A DNA stretch of 48,490 nucleotides, filler included, from Sphacelaria rigidula (taxonomy: Eukaryota): the NCBI GenBank assembly GCA_964200075.2. It is 3 parts of 3 records of this genome, joined end to end, with 100 filler letters (N's around TTAATTAATTAA, not from the genome) between each part and the next. Parts side by side here need not be neighbours in the genome. Positions count along the whole stretch, not along the records: positions 1 to 16,106 come from CAXNAA020001486.1; positions 16,207 to 32,301 come from CAXNAA020001487.1; 1 more part is not named here. The stretch is one strand, 5' to 3'. Below, in pieces: positions 12,801-22,100 of the stretch (its first letter is position 1; every line of letters begins with the position of its first letter). A program made the translations under genes and the position numbers. Below the pieces are notes generated by a model, which was not told the DNA's origin, did no database searches, and saw only the letters and a list, made by a program, of their open reading frames with translations.

Positions 12801-14537
12801 CTGCGTGTTCCATCATTAAACTTTGCATACTAGTTGGGCACAACACAGGCAGCATATGCTCAAAGCATCCGCGCGATTGGGCCGGGGAACGCCGTACAAC
12901 ATGACCCCAACCGATTGTGAGGAATGCCGTCCATGCGCTCTCAAATCGGCCATGCAGCTGCCTAGACTTTGCGCACTACAGGTGAACGCATGTGTGCACG
13001 CGCAGGTGCACAAAGTTGGACATTTAGCGCGGCTGGGCGGCCGATGTGGTACAAAACTGACACCGGTCTGTACTGCGACCCTGTCTGGATCATGACCATC
13101 TGTAGTGTACCGATGGGCACACAGTCTGTAGAGCTGCGCAGTTCATGATGCACGACCCTACGCGCGCTGTAGCCGCTACGAAGCGCTGAAACTTTGCTCA
13201 TATGTTGTGTGAACCACGGTGAACAGTTCCACGTCGCTATATCTGGTATGGTGCGCTGCAGGAGTGCGCACTAGAGGAGAAAGTGGTCAGATTCTGTTCC
13301 GATTTTTTTTTGGCGCAACACTGGGTGAACCCCTGTTAGTGAGCTTCAGGCCGTGTCTTCTCAAATTGTTTTCGACTCGAAAACGTACGGTCGAATTGAA
13401 TTTGCTCGTACTTGATACGTCCACCACATTCATGTTCTCAACCATCTGAGAAAATAGGTAGCGTGGACGAATCAGAAACGAGCGAATATGATTCGACCGC
13501 ACGTTTTCGACATGAAAACAATTAGATAAGGCCGCCTCAAAAGGGTTGAAACGGCGTGAAGTTTTGCCGATGAGTATTTTTTGGGTCTTTTTCGTGAACC
13601 AGCCTGTGTGCATCTAATTTCGTAGCTCTCATGTCATCAGTGGAAGAAGGCCCCCGTATTTTCGTGCTTTGAAACGCGCCTTGGTGGGTCCAAAAATGTT
13701 GCAACTCATATTTTTTGCCCCCACTCGCGGGAGGAATGCCGTATTCACGTCACGCGATCAAAGAAGGCAGTCCGGGAACCGCAATTGATTCAGTGGGGGT
13801 ATCCATAACTGCTGCCAACATTGGGTCAAGTCCGGACACCGGGTATTTGATATAATAAGGCGCTCTGCGCTGTGACAAAGAGGGCCAAACGGGGCTTACG
13901 TGGCAAAATTCAGTGAGAAAGGCGTCTCTTGCTTACATGGATAATCTCTTCTCCGAATGCTCGAGTGTTCACAGTCAGGAAGAATGTATAATAGCTGAAA
14001 TAGCAAGGCATTTGTGGTACCCGCCCCCCTTTGGCTACCGTATCAGCCTCAAGTCCCGGAGCGAAACATCACGGTACAAAACGGTACTTGTACTGTCTGT
14101 AGAATCACGTAAAAGTACAGTGCGGGAAATTTGAAATCGCGTCGGGATAACTCTGCATGTCAATCCTGCTAGTTTTTGCAACATGACCTCATCTGTCGTG
14201 ACTACATCGCCCACAAAACTACCCGGCAAGTGGAACCAGGCGAAAGGATTACACGTATGGAGGCCGAGTTGGAACGAGCAGCAGTCACGCCATACATGTA
14301 GCTCTAGGTTTCAACAGTGCACCCAGGACAGTCACAACAGTCAGACAGCACAGCACAGTAGTACAAAGAAAGAACAGAGTACAAGCGTCATGGAGTCAGC
14401 ACAATACATTACACTCACTGGTTAATCGCTCGCTCCACGTTGTATCCTGCGTTCCTCAGAAGCTGCAGTAGCTTTTTCTCATCGCCATCTATTCCTATCA
14501 AACGCAGAGTCTCCAGCTTCTCTATCAGTCCAGACAT
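593..14537 (-). CDS. RAD5: RAD5/HLTF-like SNF2-family DNA helicase/translocase gene, 5' part (UBA/CUE-like, HIRAN, SNF2_N); continues off the left edge (RING and HELICc not in window)
   Basis: 14 hand-spliced exons, all phase-compatible, 3576 nt: 14419-14537, 9052-9333, 8546-8807, 7991-8141, 7491-7547, 6285-7165, 5241-5867, 4107-4627, 3463-3587, 2942-3054, 2338-2499, 1875-1943, 1510-1632, 593-676. Motifs: HIRAN (GRLPREVCTFLAPLL), LRRYQRQALAWM, motif I GGILADEMGMGKT, Ia TLVVCPLSLIGQW, VVLTTYG, II WRRVILDEAH, III RWAVTGTPIQN, MLRRTK, LLLRLRQ. Confidence 0.9.
819..1066 (+). mobile_element. tRNA-derived SINE in RAD5 intron 13
   Basis: Head GCCCCGGTAGCTCAGTTGGTAA (Pol III A-box), degenerate B-box GGCTCAATTCT near 871, unrelated body and A-rich tail at 1051-1066; does not fold as an intact tRNA. 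Confidence 0.7.
1510..1632 (-). CDS. RAD5-like exon 13
   Basis: GTLDSAGRPIVDLPPKEVEIVRLEFTGVEREFYEAL. Confidence 0.9.
1875..1943 (-). CDS. RAD5-like exon 12 (GC donor)
   Basis: AGDMEAIRRLKAVLAPIMLRRTK then AAG|GCAAGT. Confidence 0.85.
2338..2499 (-). CDS. RAD5-like exon 11 (motif III)
   Basis: RRWAVTGTPIQNSLDD...FLRHEPW; GTAAGT donor. Confidence 0.92.
2942..3054 (-). CDS. RAD5-like exon 10 (Walker B, DEAH)
   Basis: LLGVRWRRVILDEAHSIRN. Confidence 0.92.
3463..3587 (-). CDS. RAD5-like exon 9
   Basis: DLCRFDVVLTTYGTLCSE. Confidence 0.9.
3757..3826. repeat. (AC)35 microsatellite
   Basis: Perfect dinucleotide run in an intron. Confidence 0.98.
4107..4627 (-). CDS. RAD5-like exon 8 (motif Ia)
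   Basis: GGTLVVCPLSLIGQWRGELESKT...FFYG. Confidence 0.9.
5241..5867 (-). CDS. RAD5-like exon 7
   Basis: Begins TVMLLSLIL, completing GKT; then low-complexity insertion; phase 0/0. Confidence 0.85.
6285..7165 (-). CDS. RAD5-like exon 6 (Q motif to Walker A)
   Basis: LNLRRYQRQALAWMIQRE, HPLWE, FFVNVYS, GGILADEMGMGK then GTGAG donor. Confidence 0.92.
7491..7547 (-). CDS. RAD5-like exon 5
   Basis: 57 nt, phase 1/1; VKDEELYESAYSLLQFVHTG; TAG acceptor and GT donor. Confidence 0.65.
7991..8141 (-). CDS. RAD5-like exon 4 (HIRAN)
   Basis: TAG acceptor, GTGAG donor; VCTFLAPLLHAGLVRAEAETVCELPGLGHFAEVPLLLSIEIY; not present in the ORF track. Confidence 0.85.
8546..8807 (-). CDS. RAD5-like exon 3 (HIRAN)
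   Basis: HSIGRGSMAYREP...GGVEGRLPRE; an alternative in-frame acceptor lies 6 nt inside. Confidence 0.8.
9052..9333 (-). CDS. RAD5-like exon 2
   Basis: CAG acceptor, GTGAG donor; HYFEANVPG...WPKFVGERWVTG (start of HIRAN). Confidence 0.8.
9880..10330. repeat. Dispersed repeat, inverted homolog of about 15640-15960
   Basis: GCCGGCACGCAGTGCTG...CTGTTGAAAA...TTGGCTGTTTCGTC is the reverse complement of about 15670-15730; TAAAACATGGGACATATCCTGCTTCAC matches about 15885-15911. Boundaries approximate. Confidence 0.75.
10537..11106. mobile_element. MITE-like element with about 50-bp imperfect TIRs
   Basis: Left ATGAATCATTACGTAAGTTTCATCGACGAGGTTTTTCTACTCCTTGA versus reverse complement of right end ATGGGTCATTACGCAACTTTTCAAGGTCGAGTTTTTCTTACTTCTTGA; no TSD resolved. 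Confidence 0.6.
11147..13545 (-). mobile_element. Probable piggyBac-derived deletion relic in RAD5 intron 1
   Basis: TTAA|CCCTTTTGGGAC at left and GCCTCAAAAGGG|TTGA at right (TSD with one mismatch); a Cys-rich remnant (HCTVS...TTKGCVARC...HLCIT*C) reads toward the left TIR. Confidence 0.45.
14419..14537 (-). CDS. RAD5-like exon 1 (UBA/CUE-like N-terminus)
   Basis: ATG at 14537, MSGLIEKLETLRLIG...GYNVERAIN; GTGAGT donor at 14418; splices in phase to give ERAINHYFE. Confidence 0.75.
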
Positions 14538-14745
14538 CTCGTGCTTACAACGCTGTTCCGCTAGCGGGCATCTGAGCCTTGTTTTGAGCACTAGAAATTC
14601 AAAAAATAAACCACGGCGTACCGTAGCAAAGATATGGTCATGAGTCAACGTATCCCCGATACCCTCGTGTCATCATTCTTTTCGCTGAGTCGGCCCGCGA
14701 CGTTCAACGCAAAGGCAAACGCTGCTAGGGCAAGACGACAGCAGC
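14538..14745. promoter_or_regulatory. Putative bidirectional promoter and 5' UTRs
   Basis: 208 bp between the divergent ATGs at 14537(-) and 14746(+). Confidence 0.55.
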
Positions 14746-15210
14746 ATGCCAAAAACCACCCTCTCCTTCGGAGCGGCGAGTAGTCTTATCGTCTTAATGA
14801 CAACCCCAACAACACTCGGTTTCCATACCCCAATATCCACTCCTCGTAATCATGAGCCATCATGCTTGTTCAACCACAACGGCAACACGGCCGGGTGCAC
14901 CCTCCCTCGTCGACGAAGCGCACGGGCGTCTCGGCCACTTCCCACATCTTCCATCGCTGCAACGATCCCTAGTAGAGATCGATTAGAGCACAAAGGACTC
15001 AATGCTCTAGATTCCGAAGGAGGAAATGATGGACTCGTATTTTACACCCCTGCTGATTTGGACGCGTACACCGCTCCCTGGGGTATCACGTTGCACTATA
15101 CAGGGACTCTTAACAGCTACCGCATCGAAGCGCATCGCCTGAACGGAGAGGTCGCGGGCTACACCACGGGGTTTTACGTGGGAGATTACCTACACCTCGA
15201 CAAAGTGCAG
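14746..15210 (+). CDS. Exon 1 of a probable plastid-targeted protein resembling the uncharacterised GNAT-like family of plants and cyanobacteria; remainder lost at the contig break
   Basis: Hydrophobic N-terminus ending TLG|FHTP (ASAFAP-type), S/T/R-rich transit region, then WGITLHY...GYTTGFYVGDYLHLDKVQ; CAG|GTTGGC donor, phase 0, 155 codons. Family assignment is from memory of the LHLD motif. Confidence 0.7.
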
Positions 15211-15639
15211 GTTGGCGGTTTTTTCTTGTTGATACTACGAGCTTTGAGTGTCGTCGGGGAACTTTTGCCTTTTGATACATGTACCGAGCGCGATGCCAAA
15301 GCACAGGATGGGGCACAAGGCCCATCATTATCAACACTGTTTTGTCAGAGATCTCAGAAATTTTCAGAGTTTTCGAGTTTTTGGACTCTGTGTTCAGACT
15401 TCTCGGCAGACTGCATTTGGAGCAGGACAGATTCGCTTGGTAACTTACCAATCAGATCGTCCCATTTTGATTGGGAATCGCCAGAAGAGTGGTCCAAAAC
15501 CTAGTGTTCGTGCGGTCGAATGTCACGGCCAATGACGCCCGCACTCACGTTGTATTAATAGCACATATTTTAGTACAGAACGCTGAACACACAGTACAGC
15601 ACACGACCCCAACGCACAGCATCGGCAGGAATGTCGCAG

Positions 15640-15960
15640 CAGCGGACATCACCTTGTTCGTTTTGCAAAAGACGAAACAGCCAATTCACCATGAAATTTT
15701 CAACAGTATGCAGCCAGCACTGCGTGCCGACTCACAAAATTGTTTTCTGGGGAGACGAACACAACGACAATATGGCAGCTCATGCAATCCAAACCGTCTT
15801 CGCAATGCGTCAACACCCCAGAGTACAGAGAGTGAAAGCTCCAACACATGAGAAATTGCGCGAAGGTGTTTTTGCTGCGGTAGAGTGAAACAGGACATGT
15901 GCCATGTTTTAGTCCTTCGCCTGATTGAGGCGAGGGCCGAGTTTGAGCGTTCGGCCGTTG
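15640..15960. repeat. Dispersed repeat, inverted homolog of about 9880-10200
   Basis: Shared segments described under the 9880-10330 feature; boundaries approximate. Confidence 0.7.
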
Positions 15961-16052
15961 TCGCGCTTTTTTCAATTCACCTTGGCTTACCTCATCATCT
16001 GTGTGTGGGAGGTCTGACTTGTTATGCGGGCTTCGCCCGCTGATTTAATTAA

Positions 16053-16106
16053 GGGCAATATACAAAAAAGGGTAGACCCTTATGTTTTTGGAGCAAAAAA
16101 GGGTGG
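16053..16106. mobile_element. Start of a MULE-type TIR truncated by the gap
   Basis: GGGCAATATACAAAAAAGGGTAGACCCT...TTTTGGAGCAAAAAAGGGT resembles the terminus of the 43358-44629 element (GGGCAACAGACAAAGAAGGGTACACCCT...TTTTGGGACAAAAG). Confidence 0.65.
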
Positions 16107-16206
16107 NNNNNNNNNNNNNNNNNNNNNNNNNNNNNNNNNNNNNNNNNNNNTTAATTAATTAANNNNNNNNNNNNNNNNNNNNNNNNNNNNNNNNNNNNNN
16201 NNNNNN
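16107..16206. other. Artificial contig-joining spacer
   Basis: Exactly 100 bp: N44, TTAATTAATTAA (stops in all six frames), N44. Confidence 0.95.
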
Positions 16207-16335
16207 AGCACCGTCCTTACTGGCATATGTGTGTGACAGAGAACAGTAGTAGCGGTGACGGGAACATTGCCCTATTTTTTCAACATGGTTTTCAGCGCAC
16301 AGAGGCATGTCCTGTCCATAAGGAGAGGCAGAGAG
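16207..16335. repeat. Dispersed repeat, direct homolog of about 31880-32020
   Basis: Shared GAGAACAGTAGTAG..CGGTGACGGGAACATTGCCCT...TTTTCAGCGCACAGAGGC..GTCCTGTCCA. Confidence 0.85.
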
Positions 16336-16932
16336 AAATCGACTTCGGGATTTCTGCGCACGCCGATGCTCTGGCATATGATTAATTTGGCACATGCTGG
16401 TAATATCAAGGATGCCAGTTTGTCGAGAGTTTGGTAATCGCCGAGCGGGGACACACAAAGGGCACGGGCGAGGAGCTTCCTCTCTGTCGTTGCTTCTCTC
16501 TCTNNNNNNNNNNGATATCGTCATCGACACGCGTGTACACCGCAGTTCGTTGGGTGCACCTCGCCAGAGTTGCTTAACCCTTGGACCGCGGTGCCCGTAG
16601 TCCATCTGGACCACGCGTGTACTTTTTTCAAGTGAATATTGATGCCGATTCAGCAGGTGACCTGCTCTCGCGGTCTAAAGGTCAACTCTTACTGCGGAGG
16701 TTTGGGAAGGAAGATACTTTCGCTCTGTCTTACTCTTTCGTATCTTCCCTGCAGTAGAGAAATGGGACTTCAACCTCATTTTTTGTTTCAACCCCAAAAA
16801 TTAGGATCGGCTGTTATCCACCCAACTTAAACGACTCGCAAGACCTGAGAGATGACGACTTCCCTGTCCCCCCGCCAGGTATTAATGAACGACGGTAGAG
16901 TTTTTACAGGCGCATACAACATCAATGGGGGT

Positions 16933-17418
16933 TATCATGAAGACGCATATTAGCCTGAATGTCATGCCGCTTCAGACCCGTTGTCGAGTCTGGCTATTTG
17001 CTTTGTTTTGGTAGCCAAGACTACAGGTCTGTTCAGATTTGGTAGGGTACGAATGTGAACCTGTATACTTACAGGGATGATACTGTCTTTGGTCGCTAAC
17101 CACGACCAAAGTTCCCATCATCGAACACTACCAACTGCTCCCCTACTGCTTTCCAGCAATAGAAGCCTAACCATCGGTGAGACGTATTGACTGGTTTGGA
17201 TTGGATTGATTGGTTGGGTACTGGAGTTAGAATCAAGGTAACCAAGAAGGCGTTAAATGAACCACAGCGTGAACTACTCGTCCGATATTCGGACGCTGAG
17301 CTTTTGTGCGGCTTTTACAAGCTATAGCAGCCTGTCGGTTGTTTGCTCGCCTCGTAAGCTTGTGCCCTGGGTTGCAAGCTGCGTCCCTGCAGTATACTAC
17401 CGCTTGCTCTCCATTACA
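16933..17418 (+). repeat. 5' LTR
   Basis: TATCATGAAGACG...CATTACA (TG mutated to TA); followed by TTGGCG, a PBS-like TGG. Confidence 0.93.
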
Positions 17419-18112
17419 TTGGCGTTTGATTAAGGAGTTTCTGCTTTGGCTATTGCGTTTCCTTCTTGATATCGATTGGTATCCCTGCTGCCCAGCTGCG
17501 TAACCCCAGCCTTGTGATCATTTTGCCCCCTTCCGTTTCCTTCGAGACAGCTATAGTCGAATCATCGCTTTTAATAGTCAGTAGCTTCCAACGTTTCTGC
17601 CCCGTGTGTTCTTTAGTAAAAAGTATTCGTGCTTTGCTACTTCCGACTTTCTGTAGCGTTTGATTGCACACCTTGCACTACGTGGGGTTAACGCGCACTG
17701 CTTGCTACTTTCGCCGTGCTGTCAATTTGGACATCGCCTGCACAAGGTTGCACGGCATCAGTTCCGACTGCACGTGGTGAATCTCTTGGTGATTCATTCA
17801 GTCTGGCACGATCAACGCGCCAAGCCATCGTTGGCTCGTGTATTTGGTCTTGTTGCCCCCCTTTCCTTCTTCTATTACAGGTTTGTACAGAACACCAGTG
17901 CACACAGGCGCACTTTTGTTCATAAGCCAGCCGCTGTCCCTGACCTGAGCTCCTACCAAGTCAGCACGCTGCTGCTCTTATTTTTCAGTATCGATTGTAC
18001 GCGACTGTTGTATCTTTCCTTCACGTAATTACTGAACAAGTACAACCCATGCTCATACATTGTGACAAGGGACATCTGTACACGAAATTTGGACCTGCTC
18101 CGGCACTCTGAC

Positions 18113-18232
18113 CTCGTTGCTTGTAGCTACTTTGTTGCTGTTGTAGCTTTAGCTTCGTTGCTTGTAGCTACTTTGTTGTTGTTGTAGCTTTAGCTTCGTT
18201 GCTTGTGGCTACTTCGTTGTTGTTGTTGTTGT
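18113..18232. repeat. About 40-bp tandem repeat (about 2.5 copies) in the retroelement leader
   Basis: Unit TCGTTGCTTGTAGCTACTTTGTTG(CTG)TTGTAGCTTTAGCT, decaying into (GTT)n. Confidence 0.85.
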
Positions 18233-19132
18233 CCTCTTCTGTACTTCGCACAACCGTAAGGCAACGCGGTACATCACCGTGGTAAGTAACAATACACAGC
18301 ACAACGTACTGTGAATTTTTCTACTTTGACTCCCTCTCGAACGAGCAAATATATTATTCCGAGACGGTCTCGTTGCGATAATACTCGTTGAAACATTTCA
18401 AACCTACGTTACGTGCTCATTCAAACAGACAGCACTCGAAATTGGTGCCCCTTGCCTGTGCACTACAATTTTTCGGCACCCGCTCTCAGCGTTGCCCCTG
18501 TTGTGCACCACGTCACCTGTGTTCTACATACATACGTTGCTCTGCTGGGTAACAAGCCTTCGCTCTGCACTACGCAGTCCGATTTCTCGATCTACAACCC
18601 AAGCTTTGTAAAAGCTTTTGTGCTGCCCCACGCTGCGCAATTTTCGTGCGCATCTGAAAAAACAAAAATCTCATCATTTATATACCGCCAGTCGTCCCTC
18701 AGCTTGTGCCGGGATAATACAGTTATAGTCTGCCCGTGACGCTACACCCAAAACACTTGTAAGTTATACGACTCTCACGTGCCAACGCTGCTACAGACAA
18801 TAGGGTCTTCGCTTGTCTTCGACGACATACATCTGCTCTGTGCAGAATCTCGAGCTCCGCTGATAGCTATTACCGCCATAACTTGAATAAAGTTGTATTA
18901 ACCAGACCCGGACATAGTTGTTACATACAGCAATTCGCTTGAATAAATTACTCAACTAAATCAGGTCCCACGGCCACCACAGGCGCTATTAGGCTTCATT
19001 ATCCAGTATTTCCGGATAAAAGCTTTGGCTTTTGCACGTAGCATCTCTTGTTGTCACGCTCCCTTGATAAGAGCCCGCAGACCAGACACACTGCACCTTC
19101 CTTTTTAAGCACAAAGGCTGCGTACGATTATC

Positions 19133-22100
19133 ATGCCGCACAGAACTAACGATGGCTCTTCCCCGCACTTGGGAAACCAACCGCCTCGTCGGACTCGGAG
19201 TCAAACTACTGGCGGTTCGAAATCTTTCAAGATGAGTGGCACATCACCTTCAACTCATCGCCGCACGTATGCGAGCGCTATTCGATCTTCGGGATCTGAA
19301 GGCCAACTTTCGAGCGAAGCTCGTTCTTCAGGGCTTGAAGACAAGACTTTGACACCGAGACCTGTTCTCTCACATTCCGACCCGGACTCAGAGAACATGG
19401 TAGTGCAACCGGCCGAGTCATTTGTTCCTCACGGACATGTCAGTGAGCCCATAACGGTGGATTCCGTTGCACCCCCCTCGCTGCGTTCTGTTCTTCCGAA
19501 TCCCAATGTGGAATCCGAAGTCAGAATTGTGCCCCCGGCTGAGTCGTTGCCCCTGGACCCACGTGTCCAGCTTGGCCCTGTACCGGTTGCTTCAACCGTG
19601 ACACCCCGTGGCTTGACGGCTGACAACTCTCGAGACGATTCTGTCCCAATGGAGTGCATCGCTTCTGGAGCAAGAGACTTTGTCACACGGGCTGCTTCCG
19701 TTACGGACTCCCTTCGCACGACTCTCGATAGTCCCGTGCCCCCTACTGCACAGTCCAATATCGGACCGGCAGTTTCGGTCATGTATACTGCCATGCAAAC
19801 TCTGCATCGCACCTCATCGGCGTCGTCGCCATCGCCAGCGCCAGCTCTCATCGAGTCATTTACGGCATTTTGCCACGCCACGCTCCAAGATCACTCGGCG
19901 TCTGCTCATGTGCAATTCAATGATGATTCTGCACCTGCCACGCCCAAACCCGTACGTCTAGCGTCCCGTTCGGCGACGTCGCGCTCTCCGTTTGTCACTT
20001 ATGACAAATTTAACGGACATGAGTCCAGCCCTTCCTCAACGTCGCAGCAGAGCCTTACTCGCGCTTCTGACCGGCGCCGCACACCGAGACTTGGTGACGA
20101 CCACGTCTCCCGTTCTGGCAGTTCTAAGGGCAACTCCCAGCGAAGCTTGAATTCGTCGCACGTTTCTACACGCCCGAAGAACGTCACTCGTGGTTACACT
20201 TACGACGGTAGTTCACGTCACAGTTCCAACTCATCACGCGCTCCACAGCGCCGGGTGAATGCTAACCGTGAACGTAGTCACGAGGATGCCTTGCGGCACA
20301 GATCAAGATCTTTGCGCGTTACCTCGCGCTCGAAAAACACCGATCATGCACCCTCGCGCATCTCTCATGCCCCGCATCAATCACACAGCCGCCATGTACG
20401 CAATGACAACACTGTACATGCTGGTGATATCCAAAACATATTTTCGGACATGTCACCGGCTCCGGAATCCTCAATTGAAGGATCCGGCTGCACCGTATCG
20501 CAAAACCGACGACCACGCACTAACCGCGAACCACCGTCCCGTTCCAATGCTGCGCTTATTCGTTCTCTTCAACAACGCTTGACAGAACTCGAGCGACAAC
20601 TGTCTACATGGACCCTTTATCATCTGCTGCCGCCGCCGCTACAGTCAGCAAGCCCACTCGCGCTCCCGCAGCTACTGCTACCGCTACTGTGACCTCTGCG
20701 CCTTCAGCCGCCCTTACGATGGCTCATACAACCGCCGCCGCTCCGTCTGCCATCGACACGGACGCCGATAGCGGTTCCACAACTGCCCCTGTGCGCCCGC
20801 CCCCATCCGTGGAGGTCCCCCCTCCGCTCGGCGACGAGCACTGCCCCACCGGCCTGCTCTGACATCTGTTCACCAATCGACCCCGCGTGGAGCAGCAACA
20901 GCTCATTGCCGACTACGCATCCCAGGCGCCTGCATTGGCGGAAACATACTTAGTCAGCAACGTGACGCTAACGCTGCCGCTGCCCGCCTCCTTCTGGAGG
21001 AGCACGCAGAAGTGCTAAAGGACCTCCAGCGGCAGGCCTCCCACGCTCAATCCACGAGCACGGCGGCACAACGAAGACTACAAAAGGGCCGTACTGCGGT
21101 CATGGCGGCCTAAAGACGGATCCGCGAGCTAGAAGATCATGTTCAGCGGACAGCTCAAGCAGCGGACACGTCGGTGGCGCGTCTATCCGACCATCAAGCC
21201 TCTCCGCCTTCCACCAACAACTTGCTCAGGACCCACCTGCCGGCGCCCAACAGATCGACTTACGTTCTTCCACGTAAGTCCGGCCGGACGTCGTCTGCTG
21301 CGGCCGCTGCCGCGCCACGACGCCTCCGACACCGCCACCGCAAGAAGTTAGCTCGGTGCCGAGCACCGTTTTGGCGCAAAATTTGCGACTCGTGTCCCAC
21401 GAACGAGACTGTCTTTCTCGTCCTGTGAACACTTATACTGGTCCTTTTGACCGCCGAGACCACCTCCACTGTTCCCAAAACGCATGGACCTTGATCTCCC
21501 AACGTATGTTCTACACTGTTGGGGTTTACGTCGACCAGAACGGCTTCCTGCCCAAGGAGGGCGTCTCGGTGCTCACCTTGGGCCAACTGGTTCTGCAGGC
21601 GACCGTTGGCAATCACCGTCACCACCAAAATTACGTTGACGCGGCCCTCCAACTTTTTGCGGCGCTTCGCGCCGCCTACAACACTCATCCCGGCGCCACC
21701 CTCGACGAAGACGAAGATGAAGATGGGTGGACTCCCGTAACATCCAATTGCCGGGGCCAGAAGAAGAATCACAGGCGCGACGACGATGATAATGATGGAA
21801 GGAATTCACGCCGCCGTCATGGCGGTGGGGGATCCTCTTCGGGCGGTTCCGGACCGAACCGCCCGCCTCGCAAACCGCACCGAAAAAACCACGGAGGTAA
21901 TTCTTCCAGTTCCTCGGCACCCGGATGGAGCAAGTCTAACATAGATCTTCCCGCCTCGGGCTCGGCGACCCCCAGGCAAGTGATTCCTAAGTTGGCTGAT
22001 GTTTCGGCCCGCCTTTTAGGTTCGTCCGATACGGATACACCTGACCTTCCTTTGTCTTCTACTGCAGCCCGCGCACTAGCAACCGCTGCGGCTGACAAAG

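Noticed and set aside
15211-15504. 3' part of the 252-aa ORF as coding
   Set aside because: Follows a good donor and loses protein-like character; read-through into an intron.
16151-16162. TTAATTAATTAA palindrome (also 32346-32357) as a biological site
   Set aside because: Centred in exactly 100-bp N blocks; a standard six-frame-stop assembly linker.
17420-17437. Assignment of the PBS to a specific tRNA or to Tf1-type self-priming
   Set aside because: Starts with TGG as expected, but I cannot match it to a tRNA 3' end, and no convincing complement exists in the LTR.
17450-17903. Antisense or env-like gene in the retroelement leader
   Set aside because: Only short ORFs with no motif, signal peptide or TM segment.
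18113-18232. CRISPR-like array
   Set aside because: Head-to-tail units without unique spacers, eukaryotic context, no cas genes.
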